In this document: in pieces, positions 36,002-46,168 of the stretch
Position numbering within the stretch: position 1 is the first letter of the stretch
Layout of the letters: every line of letters begins with the position of its first letter
NCBI GenBank assembly: GCA_963662315.1
Contig: OY759353.1
Location: 4,480,001-4,544,000 of the forward strand
Source of the DNA: Geopsychrobacteraceae bacterium
Lineage (GTDB): Bacteria; Desulfobacterota; Desulfuromonadia; Desulfuromonadales; Geopsychrobacteraceae
Direction of reading: 5' to 3'
DNA: 64,000 nt
Program-made: the position numbers and the translations under genes
The notes under the pieces: model-generated
What the model saw: the letters and a program-made list of their open reading frames with translations, nothing else
Databases searched by the model: none
What the model was told of the DNA's origin: nothing

Positions 36002-36720
36002 AAGCAGGCAGTCTTTTCATTGTTGGTGTCGGTCCCGGCGATCCTGAACTGTTAACACTGAAAGCCGTCCGTGTGTTACAGGAAAGCTCACATGTTTTCG
36101 TTCCTGTGTCCAAACTGACCAGAGAAACCTGGTTGCGTGACGTGGTGGTTTGTTATGCGCAGCCGGACTGTACTGTTCATGAAGTCAGCTTCTCTGTGGC
36201 TCCTGACTGTCAGTCAAGGACTGATCACTGGCAGCAGACGGCAACAGATATTGCTGAGCTCTTGCGGGGTGGTGCCGATGTTGCCTTGGTCACATTGGGG
36301 GACCCCCAGCTTTATTCAACGTCTCTCTATCTTATTCGGGCGTTGCAGCTGGTGGCGCCGGAGCTCAAGGTTAACATTGTACCGGGGGTCAGCTCGGTAT
36401 CTCACGCTGCCGCACTGACCGGGTTTGCCCTGGGAGAAGGGACTCAGCCGGTGACCATTTTGCCATCAGTAACCGCTCTTGATACGGTCCGTTCGGCTCT
36501 TAAGTCCGGCGGTACTCTGGTACTGATGAAGATCGGTAAACATTTACCGGATCTTATTGAGCTGCTTGATGAATATCAATTACTCGATGACGCGGTTTTT
36601 ATTGCCCGTGCCGGATTGCTCGGTCAGCATATTGAGACCGATCTGCGCCAGCTGCGCGGCGCTGCCGCTGATACTGGCAATCTTGCTGTTATTCTTATCC
36701 ATACAGAAGGCGTATCATGA
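35998..36720 (+). CDS. cbiL: Precorrin-2 C20-methyltransferase-like (copy 2)
   Basis: GVGPGDPELLTLKA, VTLGDPQLYST, VPGVSS, LVLMKIG. Confidence 0.85.
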   Translation: MKAGSLFIVGVGPGDPELLTLKAVRVLQESSHVFVPVSKLTRETWLRDVVVCYAQPDCTVHEVSFSVAPDCQSRTDHWQQTATDIAELLRGGADVALVTLGDPQLYSTSLYLIRALQLVAPELKVNIVPGVSSVSHAAALTGFALGEGTQPVTILPSVTALDTVRSALKSGGTLVLMKIGKHLPDLIELLDEYQLLDDAVFIARAGLLGQHIETDLRQLRGAAADTGNLAVILIHTEGVS

Positions 36721-37475
36721 AGGTTTATTTTGTCGGGGCAGGTCCTGGCGATCCCGAATTGTTGACGGTTAAAGCTCAGCGCTTGTTAAAAGAATGTCGT
36801 ATTTGCATCTATGCCGGGTCGCTGGTAAGTCCCGAAGTCGTTGGTCTGGTTTCGGCAGATGCCCAGCTGTATGATTCAGCGGGCATGTCTCTGGACGACA
36901 TGGAGGTGGTATTTTGTCAGGCCCGCGATAGCGGTACTGACTTGGTTCGCTTGCATACCGGTGATCCGTCGATCTATGGTGCGATTCGCGAGCAGATGAA
37001 TCGCCTTGACGAGCTGGGCGTAGCTTACGAAGTCATTCCGGGGATCAGTTCCTTCCAGGCCGCTGCGGCAGCCTTGAAGACCGAATTGACGGCTCCTGAA
37101 GTGTCCCAGACGATTATTCTCAGTCGCACTTCAGGGCGCACTCCGATGCCGGAAAAAGAGGAGCTGGAAATCCTGGCCCAGAGTCGCTCGACCTTATGCC
37201 TGTTTCTGTCGGTCCATAAAATGGCGGATGTTGCCGAGGAGTTGGCAGACTGGTATGGGCAGGATTGTCCTGCTGCTGTTGTTTTTCATGCCTCCTGGCC
37301 CGATGAAAAAATCGTGCGCGGGACCCTGGCCGACATAGGGCAGAAGGTTGAAGAGGAAGATATCCGTAAAACCGCGATGATTATTGTCGGGCAGGCGCTG
37401 TCACGTGATATTCCGGTTTCCAAGCTTTATCATCACGCTTTTACCCACGGTTACCGTCAGGGTGATGGAAAATGA
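36717..37475 (+). CDS. cbiF: Cobalt-precorrin-4 C11-methyltransferase
   Basis: YAGSLV, RLHTGDPSIYGAIREQ, ELTAPEVSQT, ASWPDE, SKLY..AFTH. Confidence 0.95.
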   Translation: MKVYFVGAGPGDPELLTVKAQRLLKECRICIYAGSLVSPEVVGLVSADAQLYDSAGMSLDDMEVVFCQARDSGTDLVRLHTGDPSIYGAIREQMNRLDELGVAYEVIPGISSFQAAAAALKTELTAPEVSQTIILSRTSGRTPMPEKEELEILAQSRSTLCLFLSVHKMADVAEELADWYGQDCPAAVVFHASWPDEKIVRGTLADIGQKVEEEDIRKTAMIIVGQALSRDIPVSKLYHHAFTHGYRQGDGK

Positions 37476-38254
37476 AGCTGGCTGCGGTCACCTTCTCTGT
37501 CCCCGGACTGAGGGTCTGTCAGGCGGTCAAAGCAGGCATTCCGGAACTCGATATCTTTCTGCATGACAGTATCCATGGGCATGTCGGGGTGACGCTGTTC
37601 AGCCGGGTCCTGGAACTGACACCACAGCTGTTTCCCCGCTATGACGGATTGATCTTTGTTGCTCCCTGTGGCGTGGTCGTGCGTTCGTTGGCTGGTTGTC
37701 CGCAGAGTAAGTACAAAGATCCCGCTATTGTTGTTGCCGATGTCGGTGGGCGGCATGTTGTCAGCCTGCTCAGTGGGCATGAAGGGGGGGCAAATGATCT
37801 GGCGGTGCAGGTTGCCAACCTGATTGACGCAGAGCCGGTTATTTCCACTACGACCGAGGCGGTCAAGGATCTGATTGTCGGTGTCGGCTGTCGTAAGGGG
37901 AAAGCCAAGGCGGATATAGTGGCCGCAATTGAGAAGGTCCTGGCCGATAACGCTCTGCCCCTTGAGCGGGTCCGTTATATTGCAACGGCCGGAGTGAAAA
38001 AGCACGAAGCCGGTTTGCTGGCAGCGGCCAGTGAACTTGATATACCATTACGAATTATCGCTGATGACACCATTCGTAACTGTCATCAGAATTTTACATC
38101 ATCAGACTTTGTCACTGCCCAGGTTGACCTGCCGGCAGTTGCCGAACCGGCTGCTCTGTGTGCCGGAAGGAGGACATCATTAATCGTCAGGAAACAGGCG
38201 CTGTCGGGAATCACGATAGCAATAGCCCAGGAAAATTGTACGTCGTTGGCATAG
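37472..38254 (+). CDS. cbiG: Cobalt-precorrin-5A hydrolase
   Basis: GVVVR, KYKDPA, LLSGHEGGAN, VISTTTE, GVGCRKG, AVAEPAAL. Confidence 0.9.
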   Translation: MKLAAVTFSVPGLRVCQAVKAGIPELDIFLHDSIHGHVGVTLFSRVLELTPQLFPRYDGLIFVAPCGVVVRSLAGCPQSKYKDPAIVVADVGGRHVVSLLSGHEGGANDLAVQVANLIDAEPVISTTTEAVKDLIVGVGCRKGKAKADIVAAIEKVLADNALPLERVRYIATAGVKKHEAGLLAAASELDIPLRIIADDTIRNCHQNFTSSDFVTAQVDLPAVAEPAALCAGRRTSLIVRKQALSGITIAIAQENCTSLA

Positions 38255-38958
38255 GCCCGGGAAATCCCCTTGATCGCACCAGGAGAGCTGAAGAAGCGAT
38301 TCTGAACAGTCAGCTGATTGTCGGCTATGGCCCTTACGTTGACTCTATAGCTGATCTCTGCACTGGCAGGCAAACCCTGACATCCGGTATGCGCCAGGAG
38401 TCAGAACGCTGTCGCGCGGCTTTGGACGAAGCCGTTTCCGGGACCACTGTTGCGCTGATATCTTCAGGTGACTCAGGGATTTATGGTATGGCCGGTCTGG
38501 CGATGGAGATGGCAACGGCTGAAGGCTACCAGGTTGAAATTGAGGTTATTCCTGGAGTGAGCGCCTCGAATGCCGCAGCTGCACAGCTTGGTGCTCCGTT
38601 GATGCTCGATTCTGCGATCATCAGCCTGAGTGACCTGCTGGTGCCCTGGGAGCAGATTGTGGCACGTCTTAAAGCTGTTGCGGCAGCGGATATGGTGGTC
38701 TCGCTCTATAATCCACGCAGCAAAAAGCGTGTTTCTCAACTTGAAGAAGCGGCAGCAATTTTCAGTGCCGAGCGGCCGGTAACGACACCGGTTGGCATTG
38801 TCACCGCAGCCAGCCGTGCAGAACAGCAGGTTGTCTATTCCGATCTCGGTCATTTTCTTGATGAAGAAATCGGGATGAACTCTATTGTTATTATCGGCAA
38901 TAGCAGCACGGTTATGCTTGATGGCCGGATGGTAACCCCGCGGGGCTATTATCGATGA
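38236..38958 (+). CDS. cbiH: Cobalt-precorrin-3 C17-methyltransferase (start uncertain)
   Basis: LYVVGIGPG, GY..Y, SSGDSGIYGMAG, ISLSDLLVPW, YNPRS, VTPRGY; only TTG/GTG starts available. Confidence 0.9.
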   Translation: MYVVGIGPGNPLDRTRRAEEAILNSQLIVGYGPYVDSIADLCTGRQTLTSGMRQESERCRAALDEAVSGTTVALISSGDSGIYGMAGLAMEMATAEGYQVEIEVIPGVSASNAAAAQLGAPLMLDSAIISLSDLLVPWEQIVARLKAVAAADMVVSLYNPRSKKRVSQLEEAAAIFSAERPVTTPVGIVTAASRAEQQVVYSDLGHFLDEEIGMNSIVIIGNSSTVMLDGRMVTPRGYYR

Positions 38959-39719
38959 TCCTGCTGTTTGGGGGGACGTCTGAAACGGCTGACATTGCCA
39001 CCTCTTTGGCAGATCTCGGGTTTTCTGTCCTGGTTTCAACCGCGACTGATGCGGAATTGAATGTCGGCAGTCATCCTCTGATTGCCAGACGCTGTGGCCG
39101 GCTTGATGGTCATGCCATGGCAGCGTTGATTGCTGAACAGGAGGTGCGGCTGGTGATTGATGCCGGTCATCCCTATGCTATTGCGTTGCACGAGACGGTT
39201 GCCGAGGTTGCACAAAAGCTGCGTATTCCGTGTCTGCGTTATCAACGTCAGCATGGCAAGTATGATGCCGATAATCTGTTTGAAGTTGCTGATCACGAAG
39301 AAGCGGCTCAGTTGGCTGCCTCATTTGGCACGCCAATTCTATTGACCTCCGGTTCGCGCAATCTGGCTCCTTACGTCAAAGCTGCTCAGGAGCAGGGGGT
39401 TCCCTTGTTCGCCAGGGTGCTTCCGCATCCAGATTCTAAGGCTGCCTGTGATGAGGTTGGTTTGCCCGAGAGCAACCGGATATTTGCCCGCGGTCCTTTC
39501 AGCGTTGAGCAGAATCATGCGCTGATCGCTGATCATCGGATTGGTGTGATGGTCACCAAGGAGAGTGGCCCGCAGGGCGGGGTTGCCGAAAAAATTGCCG
39601 CGGCCCGGCAGGAAGATTGTTTGGTTATCCTTATTCGTCGACCGGAGTTGCCGCGTTCCTGTGAACGGATATGTGTTGATCTTCCGTCCCTGCTGGGGGC
39701 AGTCAAAGAGCTGGCTTGA
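38955..39719 (+). CDS. cbiJ: Cobalt-precorrin-6A reductase
   Basis: LFGGTSE, DAGHPYA, LLTSGSR, RVLP, GPFS, TKESG..GG..EK, IRRP. Confidence 0.93.
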   Translation: MILLFGGTSETADIATSLADLGFSVLVSTATDAELNVGSHPLIARRCGRLDGHAMAALIAEQEVRLVIDAGHPYAIALHETVAEVAQKLRIPCLRYQRQHGKYDADNLFEVADHEEAAQLAASFGTPILLTSGSRNLAPYVKAAQEQGVPLFARVLPHPDSKAACDEVGLPESNRIFARGPFSVEQNHALIADHRIGVMVTKESGPQGGVAEKIAAARQEDCLVILIRRPELPRSCERICVDLPSLLGAVKELA

Positions 39720-39721
39720 TT

Positions 39722-39760
39722 TATAAAATGGCGCATGTTTAAGCTATGCGCCATTTTATA
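39722..39760 (+). terminator. End of cob operon hairpin
   Basis: TATAAAATGGCGCAT-N9-ATGCGCCATTTTATA. Confidence 0.75.
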
Positions 39761-39827
39761 TGATTGTTGCTATTCCTGTCTTTAAGAGCCCTTACGAATA
39801 ATCAGATCGCGTGTGGTTGGGCAATAT

Positions 39828-39856
39828 AAAAAATACCCCGCAGATTTCTGCGGGGT
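39828..39856 (-). terminator. Terminator of peroxiredoxin gene
   Basis: ACCCCGCAG-AAAT-CTGCGGGGT-ATTTTTT. Confidence 0.75.
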
Positions 39857-39898
39857 TCATAAAATGCCTGGAAAGCGATTTCAGTTCAAAGCAGCTGA

Positions 39899-40540
39899 TT
39901 ATTCCAATGGCTTATGGCAGAACCACCAGTCATACCCGTCAACCGTTTGTTTGATCTGCTCAGCCGAATCAACGTCCATCGGAGGTGGAATAATAACACG
40001 ATCACCTATGAGAGAATTGTTTGGCCAGTTGGCCGGCATAGCTCCTTGCTGGTCTGAAATCTGGAACGCCTTGACGGCACGCAGGATTTCGTCAATATTG
40101 CGGCCGACTTCCATTGGATAGTAAAGGATCAGACGGACATAGCCCTGCGGGTCGACCAGAAACACCGCCCGGACGGTTTGGGTCCCCATCCCCGGATGCA
40201 ACATGCCGAGTTGCGCAGCGAGACTGTCGTTGGCGGCAATAACCGGAAATTTGATCTCAACCCCGAGATTATCTTTAATCCATTCAATCCACTTGATGTG
40301 GCAGAAAATCTGATCGATGGAGAGCCCGATCAGCGCGCAGTTCAACGCCTCAAATTCACCAAATTTTTCCTGAAAAGCAACAAATTCCGTGGTGCAGACG
40401 GGAGTAAAATCTGCCGGATGGCTGAACAGGATGAACCATTTGCCCGCCATATCGTCTGGCAGGGTCATCGGGCCCTGGGTGGTGAGGACCGACAGGGTTG
40501 GAAACTGATCGCCGAGCAGTGGCATTTTCGCTTCTTCCAT
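39899..40540 (-). CDS. Peroxiredoxin, Prx6 family
   Basis: [33 protein letters not shown]. Confidence 0.93.
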   Translation of the reverse strand: MEEAKMPLLGDQFPTLSVLTTQGPMTLPDDMAGKWFILFSHPADFTPVCTTEFVAFQEKFGEFEALNCALIGLSIDQIFCHIKWIEWIKDNLGVEIKFPVIAANDSLAAQLGMLHPGMGTQTVRAVFLVDPQGYVRLILYYPMEVGRNIDEILRAVKAFQISDQQGAMPANWPNNSLIGDRVIIPPPMDVDSAEQIKQTVDGYDWWFCHKPLE

Positions 40541-40830
40541 GATGGACACTCCTTGTGATATTGGCATCGTGCGCTTATGTTTATAATCTTAAGCAAGGAT
40601 TATTCCTATTTGTTGAGAATCTTTTCTTGATGATTTAACAATATGAAACTATTGAATAAAATCTTTATGGAGCGCATTATTTTCGGGCCTTTAGGAAGGC
40701 AGACATTGTCCGATTTTGACAACGGAGAATTTTTTTGAGATTCAGATGTGAAATGGAGAAGTAGTGCTTATCAGGTGTTGTTTGAGAGCTTCGGATTCGC
40801 AGCAACGAACCCGAAGCAGCTTGACAATGT

Positions 40831-41223
40831 CTAAATTGTAACCATTTCAATTTCAGGTGGATTTTCCAGGGTTTTCTTGACCGCACATTGTTCTGCTGCA
40901 CGCAGAATCGCTTTTTGGTATTTCGCCGGAAAAACCTCGGGAAGTTTGAGTTTAATGATGATTTTTGTTGTCGTGTGAGTCGCCTCGTCTCGTTCCAAGT
41001 CGAGGGTCAGTCCCAGACCTGCCGTTTCTATATCACGTTCTTTACAAAAGCGTTGAGCAAAGAATCCTGTACAGGTCGCCAGACCGGCCAGAAACAGATA
41101 GTATGGATTCGGTCCTGCATTGCTGCCACCGTTGCTTTCTGGCTGGTCGGTCAGGATGTCAAATCCATCGACATTGGCGTTGATCTGAACGCCTTCAAGA
41201 AACGTAACATCAATTAATGCCAT
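40831..41223 (-). CDS. OsmC-family protein
   Basis: TDQP...GG....PNPY.LFLAGLATC, FP.KY..A..RAAEQCAVKK. Confidence 0.9.
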   Translation of the reverse strand: MALIDVTFLEGVQINANVDGFDILTDQPESNGGSNAGPNPYYLFLAGLATCTGFFAQRFCKERDIETAGLGLTLDLERDEATHTTTKIIIKLKLPEVFPAKYQKAILRAAEQCAVKKTLENPPEIEMVTI

Positions 41224-41726
41224 AAAAGTTGTCTCCTTAGTGCAATAAGGATGAAGGGTGTAACATCAGGTTGTTTTCCCTTCATAAGTGAGGTCATTTT
41301 CTGTTTTAGATTCTATCACTTAGCGTGTTTTTTTAACCATTCGTTAGACCATATAAAAACACCAAAAATATTCTGTTGCCAATCATTCTACGTTCTGTTA
41401 AATTTCGCGCCATGTCGAAATTAATCATTATTTTTATCAGTATTCTTTGGGCTTCCCTGATGTTGATTTCGTGGAGTGGTGCAACGCCTACTGCGCAGCC
41501 ACAGCCCGGAGAAGTTGTCTCGTCAGCAAATCTGCCATCCTGATCGGCACGGTTCAGCATTTATTTATCCCTTTGCAGGGCGTATGGGTTTGTCTACCCA
41601 TTTTTAAGCCAAATTTGATAGCTCCCGATTTAAACGAATACCGTTCATCCAACAACTAGAATTTTTGTTCGAGCTCCTATTCCATGTGGAAGCAGCTCCC
41701 CGTATGGTGGTCTGTGTCTGTATTGC

Positions 41727-42644
41727 TCAACCGCCATACAGATCCCCCTGTTTGCTCCCTCTTTTTTCCAGTTCATCATCAATGGCGTTGAGCACTTCCC
41801 ATTTACTCATAGACCACAGCGGTGCGAGCAGAATGTCTCGTGGTCCATCGCCGGTAAGGCGTTGAATCAGGGTTGTTGGTGGCAGCCGTTCAATAAAATC
41901 AACTGCCAGCTGCACATACTCATCCATTTCAAACATCGGGACTTTACCCTGTTTATAAAGATCTCCCAGGAGGGTTCCTTCCAGAATATGCAGCAGGTGG
42001 ACTTTAATGCCATCGACTTTGAGGCGGGCCATCTCTTCGGCAGTGGCCATGACATCTTCGCGGGTTTCTCCGGGAAGTCCGAGGATAACGTGAACACACA
42101 CTCTTAAGCCGCGTTGTTTGGCTCTTTGGTAGGCATCGAGAAAGCAGGCGTAATCGTGGCCACGCTTAAGGAAGCTGAGGCTTTTATCGTGAATTGTCTG
42201 CAGCCCCATTTCCAGCCAGAAATAGGTGTTGCGATGGTATTCCGCCAGCAGGTCAAGAACCGGGTCTGCCAGACAGTCGGGGCGGGTGCCGACCGCCAGG
42301 CCGATGACGTCGTCCACGGCCAGCGCCTGGTCATAACAGCTGCGCAGATGTTCAACCGGTCCGAAGGTGTTGGAAAACGGCTGAAAGTAGGCAATGAACC
42401 ATTTAGCGCGGTATTTTCTGCGCATCAGTTCTTTGGCGCGTTCGATCTGCTCGGCGATGGAAACGTCGCGTTCAATGCCAACCGCACCGGAACCACTGGT
42501 ATCGCAGAAGATACAGCCATGTTTGTCGCGGCCACCATCCCGGTTGGGACAGCCAAATCCTGCGTCGATGGATATTTTATGGACCCGTCCCCCAAAGCGT
42601 TGCTTAAGGTAGGTAGAGTATAGATTAAAGGCTTTTTTTCGCAT
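41727..42644 (-). CDS. TIGR01212/YhcC-family radical SAM protein
   Basis: KISIDAGFGCPNRDG.....GCIFC, YFQ..SNT, GTRPDC, EMGLQT, HVILGLPGE, RLTGD. Confidence 0.92.
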   Translation of the reverse strand: MRKKAFNLYSTYLKQRFGGRVHKISIDAGFGCPNRDGGRDKHGCIFCDTSGSGAVGIERDVSIAEQIERAKELMRRKYRAKWFIAYFQPFSNTFGPVEHLRSCYDQALAVDDVIGLAVGTRPDCLADPVLDLLAEYHRNTYFWLEMGLQTIHDKSLSFLKRGHDYACFLDAYQRAKQRGLRVCVHVILGLPGETREDVMATAEEMARLKVDGIKVHLLHILEGTLLGDLYKQGKVPMFEMDEYVQLAVDFIERLPPTTLIQRLTGDGPRDILLAPLWSMSKWEVLNAIDDELEKRGSKQGDLYGG

Positions 42645-42872
42645 GGACGGCACTATGCCAGTATTGTCCTCACGGGGCAAGGCCCTTCGTATTTTTAATC
42701 TTATCTGGATTTGTAATATATTTTGCGCGATTGTTTGTTATTATTGGTTTTTATCCCTGCGCCGCTGACAAATGAGCGGATTAGGCGTATGATTTTAGAA
42801 ATCTTGTTGGGCTTCCTCTTCAGAAATCCAACTGCTTAAAGTGATTGCCTTTTGTAGAAAGCAGAAGAAACT

Positions 42873-45014
42873 ATGGTTCATGAAGTTCTTAATCAAAGTT
42901 CCGCTGCCCCTCTGAATGTCTGTATTCTCTGGCATATGCATCAGCCCGATTACCGCGACCCGATCAGTGGCCAGACCCTGCTGCCCTGGACTTGGCTGCA
43001 CGGGGTTAAAGATTATGGTGAGATGCTGGAAACCATTGCTGAAACCGGTGCCCGGGTGACGGTTAATCTGGTCCCGTCTCTGCTTGAGCAACTGGAACGT
43101 TATGTGGCTGGCCAGGATCGTGATCGTTGGCTGGAAATCATTAATCAAAATCCTGCCGAATTGACTGCTGACGAGCGCATTTTTTTGGTTAAGCAATTCT
43201 TTTCAGTCAATGAAGAAACTCAGATTCACGTGAATAAACGCTATCATCAGCTGTACCTGCAACGTGGCAGTAAGCCGGAACATACAGCTGCTACCTTCAG
43301 TGATCAGGATCTGCTTGATCTGCAGGTCTGGTTTCTGTTGGCCTGGACCGGCTCCCATATGCGTCGCAAGCAACCTTTGGTCGGCTACCTTCTGAGTCAG
43401 GGGGAAAATTTTTCGGTCAGCCAGAAGCAGGAGCTGCTTATGTGCTGTAATGAAGAACTGCAGCGCGTTCTCTCTTTTCACCGGGAACTGGAAGCAGCGG
43501 GTCTGATCGAGATCTCCGTCACGCCTTATGCCCACCCGATTTTGCCGTTGCTGTGTAATCTTCAGACCGCCCAGGAACCTTCCCCCGGGTTGCCGCTACC
43601 GGCAACCACGTTCCGCTACCCTGATGATGCCCGTCTGCAGGTACGCGAGGGGCTTGCCACGGCAAATCGGGTCTTTGGTCAACGTCAGCGCGGCATGTGG
43701 CCGGCAGAAGGCGCTGTCAGCCAGGATGCCGTACGCATTCTGCGCGAAGAAGGAGCTCTGTGGGCGGCGACAGATGAGGATATCCTGGCCCGCAGTCTGG
43801 ACACCGGGTTGGGAAATCGCAGTTTGCTGTACCGGGTTTATTCCTATGATGATTTGCCCCTCTTGTTTCGCGATCGTGAGCTGTCTGATCGGATCGGTTT
43901 TCTGTATGCGACTTGGAACACTGCAGACGCGGTCGGAGACCTGATGCGGCGTTTGCAGCACATTGCGACCATGGCCCCAGGCGGGACGGTCGCTATTATT
44001 CTGGACGGCGAGAACTGCTGGGAACGTTATCCGGATAACGGCTATCCTTTCTTGCGAGATTTTTACAAGGGCATTATAGCCGCACCGGAAATGCAGCTGA
44101 CGACAATTTCAGAGATGCTCTCCTGCACCGTACCAACTCCTTTGACCCGCCTTGCGTCGGGGTCATGGATACGGTCAGATTTCACCACGTGGATCGGACA
44201 TCCGGAAGAAAACATGGCCTGGGAACTGTTGGCCCAGACTCGCCGCGAACTGTTTAGCGATGAAATCCAGCAGGCCTTGGCCAGCCCCGACCAACCTTTA
44301 AGCGAACTGGTCCGGGAACTACTAAGAGCCGAGGGTAGTGATTGGTTCTGGTGGTATGGCGATGAGCATGTGACCGCCCAAGCCGATATTTTTGATCGCC
44401 TGTTCCGCCTCCACATCGAGGGGCTCTATCATCTCAAGCATATGCCGGTTCCGGCGCGTATTAACCAGGCCATCAAACCGGTGGTCAAGAAGGTCACGGG
44501 ATTCGAACCGACAGCCTGCTTCACTCCACAGATCGATGGTCGGATCGGGGATTATTTTGAATGGCTGTCGGCAGGTCTTATTGATCTGGCCAGTGGTGGT
44601 GCCATGTATTCCAGTCGGGGCGGACTTGAGTCCCTTTATTATGGCTATGATGACAGAAATCTTTATTTCCGCATTAATCAGGCCGAACTGCTTAAACGCT
44701 TGTGCCGGGAGCAGGGCTACTTCGAAATGCGTATCACGGCCAAGCAGTTGTTTTATGCCCGTTTTAACTTTGCCGACAGCTTGCTGTGGGTGTGTAGTGA
44801 AGGAGAGTCCCTTGGTCAGGGGGAAGGGGTCTGCAATCATGTCCTGGAAATGGCGATTCCCCTTAATCTGTTGGGGCTCAAGGTTGGTGACAGTATTAAC
44901 CTGACCTGTCATGCGGTACGCGATGGTCGGGAAAACGGTCGCTGGCCAGCAGAAGGGCACGCCGGACTGTGCTACCGTGGGCATACTCTTGATGAGAATA
45001 ACTGGTCGGTATGA
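42873..45014 (+). CDS. GH57 alpha-glucan hydrolase (amylopullulanase-like)
   Basis: WHMHQP, LPW..LH..KDY, PYAHPILPLL, WPAEG, ILDGENCWE, AEGSDWFWWY. Confidence 0.92.
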   Translation: MVHEVLNQSSAAPLNVCILWHMHQPDYRDPISGQTLLPWTWLHGVKDYGEMLETIAETGARVTVNLVPSLLEQLERYVAGQDRDRWLEIINQNPAELTADERIFLVKQFFSVNEETQIHVNKRYHQLYLQRGSKPEHTAATFSDQDLLDLQVWFLLAWTGSHMRRKQPLVGYLLSQGENFSVSQKQELLMCCNEELQRVLSFHRELEAAGLIEISVTPYAHPILPLLCNLQTAQEPSPGLPLPATTFRYPDDARLQVREGLATANRVFGQRQRGMWPAEGAVSQDAVRILREEGALWAATDEDILARSLDTGLGNRSLLYRVYSYDDLPLLFRDRELSDRIGFLYATWNTADAVGDLMRRLQHIATMAPGGTVAIILDGENCWERYPDNGYPFLRDFYKGIIAAPEMQLTTISEMLSCTVPTPLTRLASGSWIRSDFTTWIGHPEENMAWELLAQTRRELFSDEIQQALASPDQPLSELVRELLRAEGSDWFWWYGDEHVTAQADIFDRLFRLHIEGLYHLKHMPVPARINQAIKPVVKKVTGFEPTACFTPQIDGRIGDYFEWLSAGLIDLASGGAMYSSRGGLESLYYGYDDRNLYFRINQAELLKRLCREQGYFEMRITAKQLFYARFNFADSLLWVCSEGESLGQGEGVCNHVLEMAIPLNLLGLKVGDSINLTCHAVRDGRENGRWPAEGHAGLCYRGHTLDENNWSV

Positions 45015-45121
45015 ACCTGAGGATGTCGGATTGCAAGATGAAGAATAATTGAAATGCCACCTTTTCCCTAACCGCATTTTTGCAATAATTGAGGAAAAGT
45101 GGCTATGAAAGGATAACCATT

Positions 45122-46168
45122 GTGTCTGAACTACGCTGGGATCCATTAAGAGATACCTGGGTTATTATGACCCTGAGTCAGGGGCGCTGGCCCCTCGATT
45201 TTTCCCACCCCCCTGAAGTTTTAACCACCAGAGCCTGTCCTTTCTGTGCCGGCAACGAGAGCCGTACTCCGCCGGAAATTCTGGCCTATCGGCCAGGCGG
45301 AAGTGCTCCCAACCAGCCTGGCTGGCAGGTGCGGGTCATTCCAAACCGTTTTCCGGCGTTGCGGATAGAAGGAGAACTGGAAAGTCGCGCTGAAGGACTT
45401 TACGATTGTATGAACGGCATTGGTGCGCATGAGGTCATTATTGAAACCCCTGAGCATGGAGCGACCCTGGCTGATATGAGCGAGGACCAGATCACGGAAG
45501 TTTTGAAGGTGTACCGGGCGCGTATGCTTGATTTGCGCAATGACAGTCGTTTTCGGTATCTGTTCATCTGCAAGAATCACGGGGTGGGTGCCGCTTCACA
45601 TATTCCTCATTCCCATTCCCAGCTGATCGCTGTTCCGGTGCTTCCTCCCATGGTGGCCACCGAACTGCGGACCAGTCGTGAACATTATGAGCGCAAGCAG
45701 CGCTGTCTGCTCTGTGACCTGATTCGCCAGGAGCAACGGGCGGCTTCGCGGGTCGTCAGTGATGATGGGAACTATATTGTCTATGCACCCTACGCGGCCA
45801 AGTTCCCCTTTGGTGTGCTCATTGCCCCGGTTGCTCATCACTACGATTTTACCCAGCAGAATGATGTACAGCTGCGCCAGCTTGCCAGTGTCTTGCGTGA
45901 TATGTTGCGGCGTATCCGAGCTGTGTTGCGTGACCCGCCGTTCTCGTTTGTCCTGCATAGCTCACCACCCATGCATTTACGCTGGGGACGTCAGGATGAA
46001 TGGATGGCACTGTCCAACTATTTTCACTGGCATATTGAACTGGCTCCCAAGTTGACGCGTTCAACCGGTTTCGACTGGGGGTCAGGGTTTCATATCAATC
46101 CTACTCCACCGGAAGAAGCCGCCGATTTTTTACGGCGTGCTGACCTAACCCAAGAAGATATCTCATGA
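45122..46168 (+). CDS. galT: GalT-family nucleotidyltransferase (HxHxQ)
   Basis: SELRWDP, CPFC.GNE, PNRFPAL, GAHEVIIE, HSHSQ, FHWHIE, PEEAA; substrate uncertain. Confidence 0.85.
   Translation: MSELRWDPLRDTWVIMTLSQGRWPLDFSHPPEVLTTRACPFCAGNESRTPPEILAYRPGGSAPNQPGWQVRVIPNRFPALRIEGELESRAEGLYDCMNGIGAHEVIIETPEHGATLADMSEDQITEVLKVYRARMLDLRNDSRFRYLFICKNHGVGAASHIPHSHSQLIAVPVLPPMVATELRTSREHYERKQRCLLCDLIRQEQRAASRVVSDDGNYIVYAPYAAKFPFGVLIAPVAHHYDFTQQNDVQLRQLASVLRDMLRRIRAVLRDPPFSFVLHSSPPMHLRWGRQDEWMALSNYFHWHIELAPKLTRSTGFDWGSGFHINPTPPEEAADFLRRADLTQEDIS

Noticed and set aside
40580..40625. PerR/Fur-like box upstream of the peroxiredoxin (CAAGGATTATTCCTAT)
   Set aside because: Only a partial palindrome in AT-rich DNA; too weak to call without a matrix.
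41240..41720. Small ORFs or an sRNA in the osmC-radical SAM gap
   Set aside because: The ORFs at 41333-41560 and 41447-41659 have no motif, and I could not identify a convincing RNA family.
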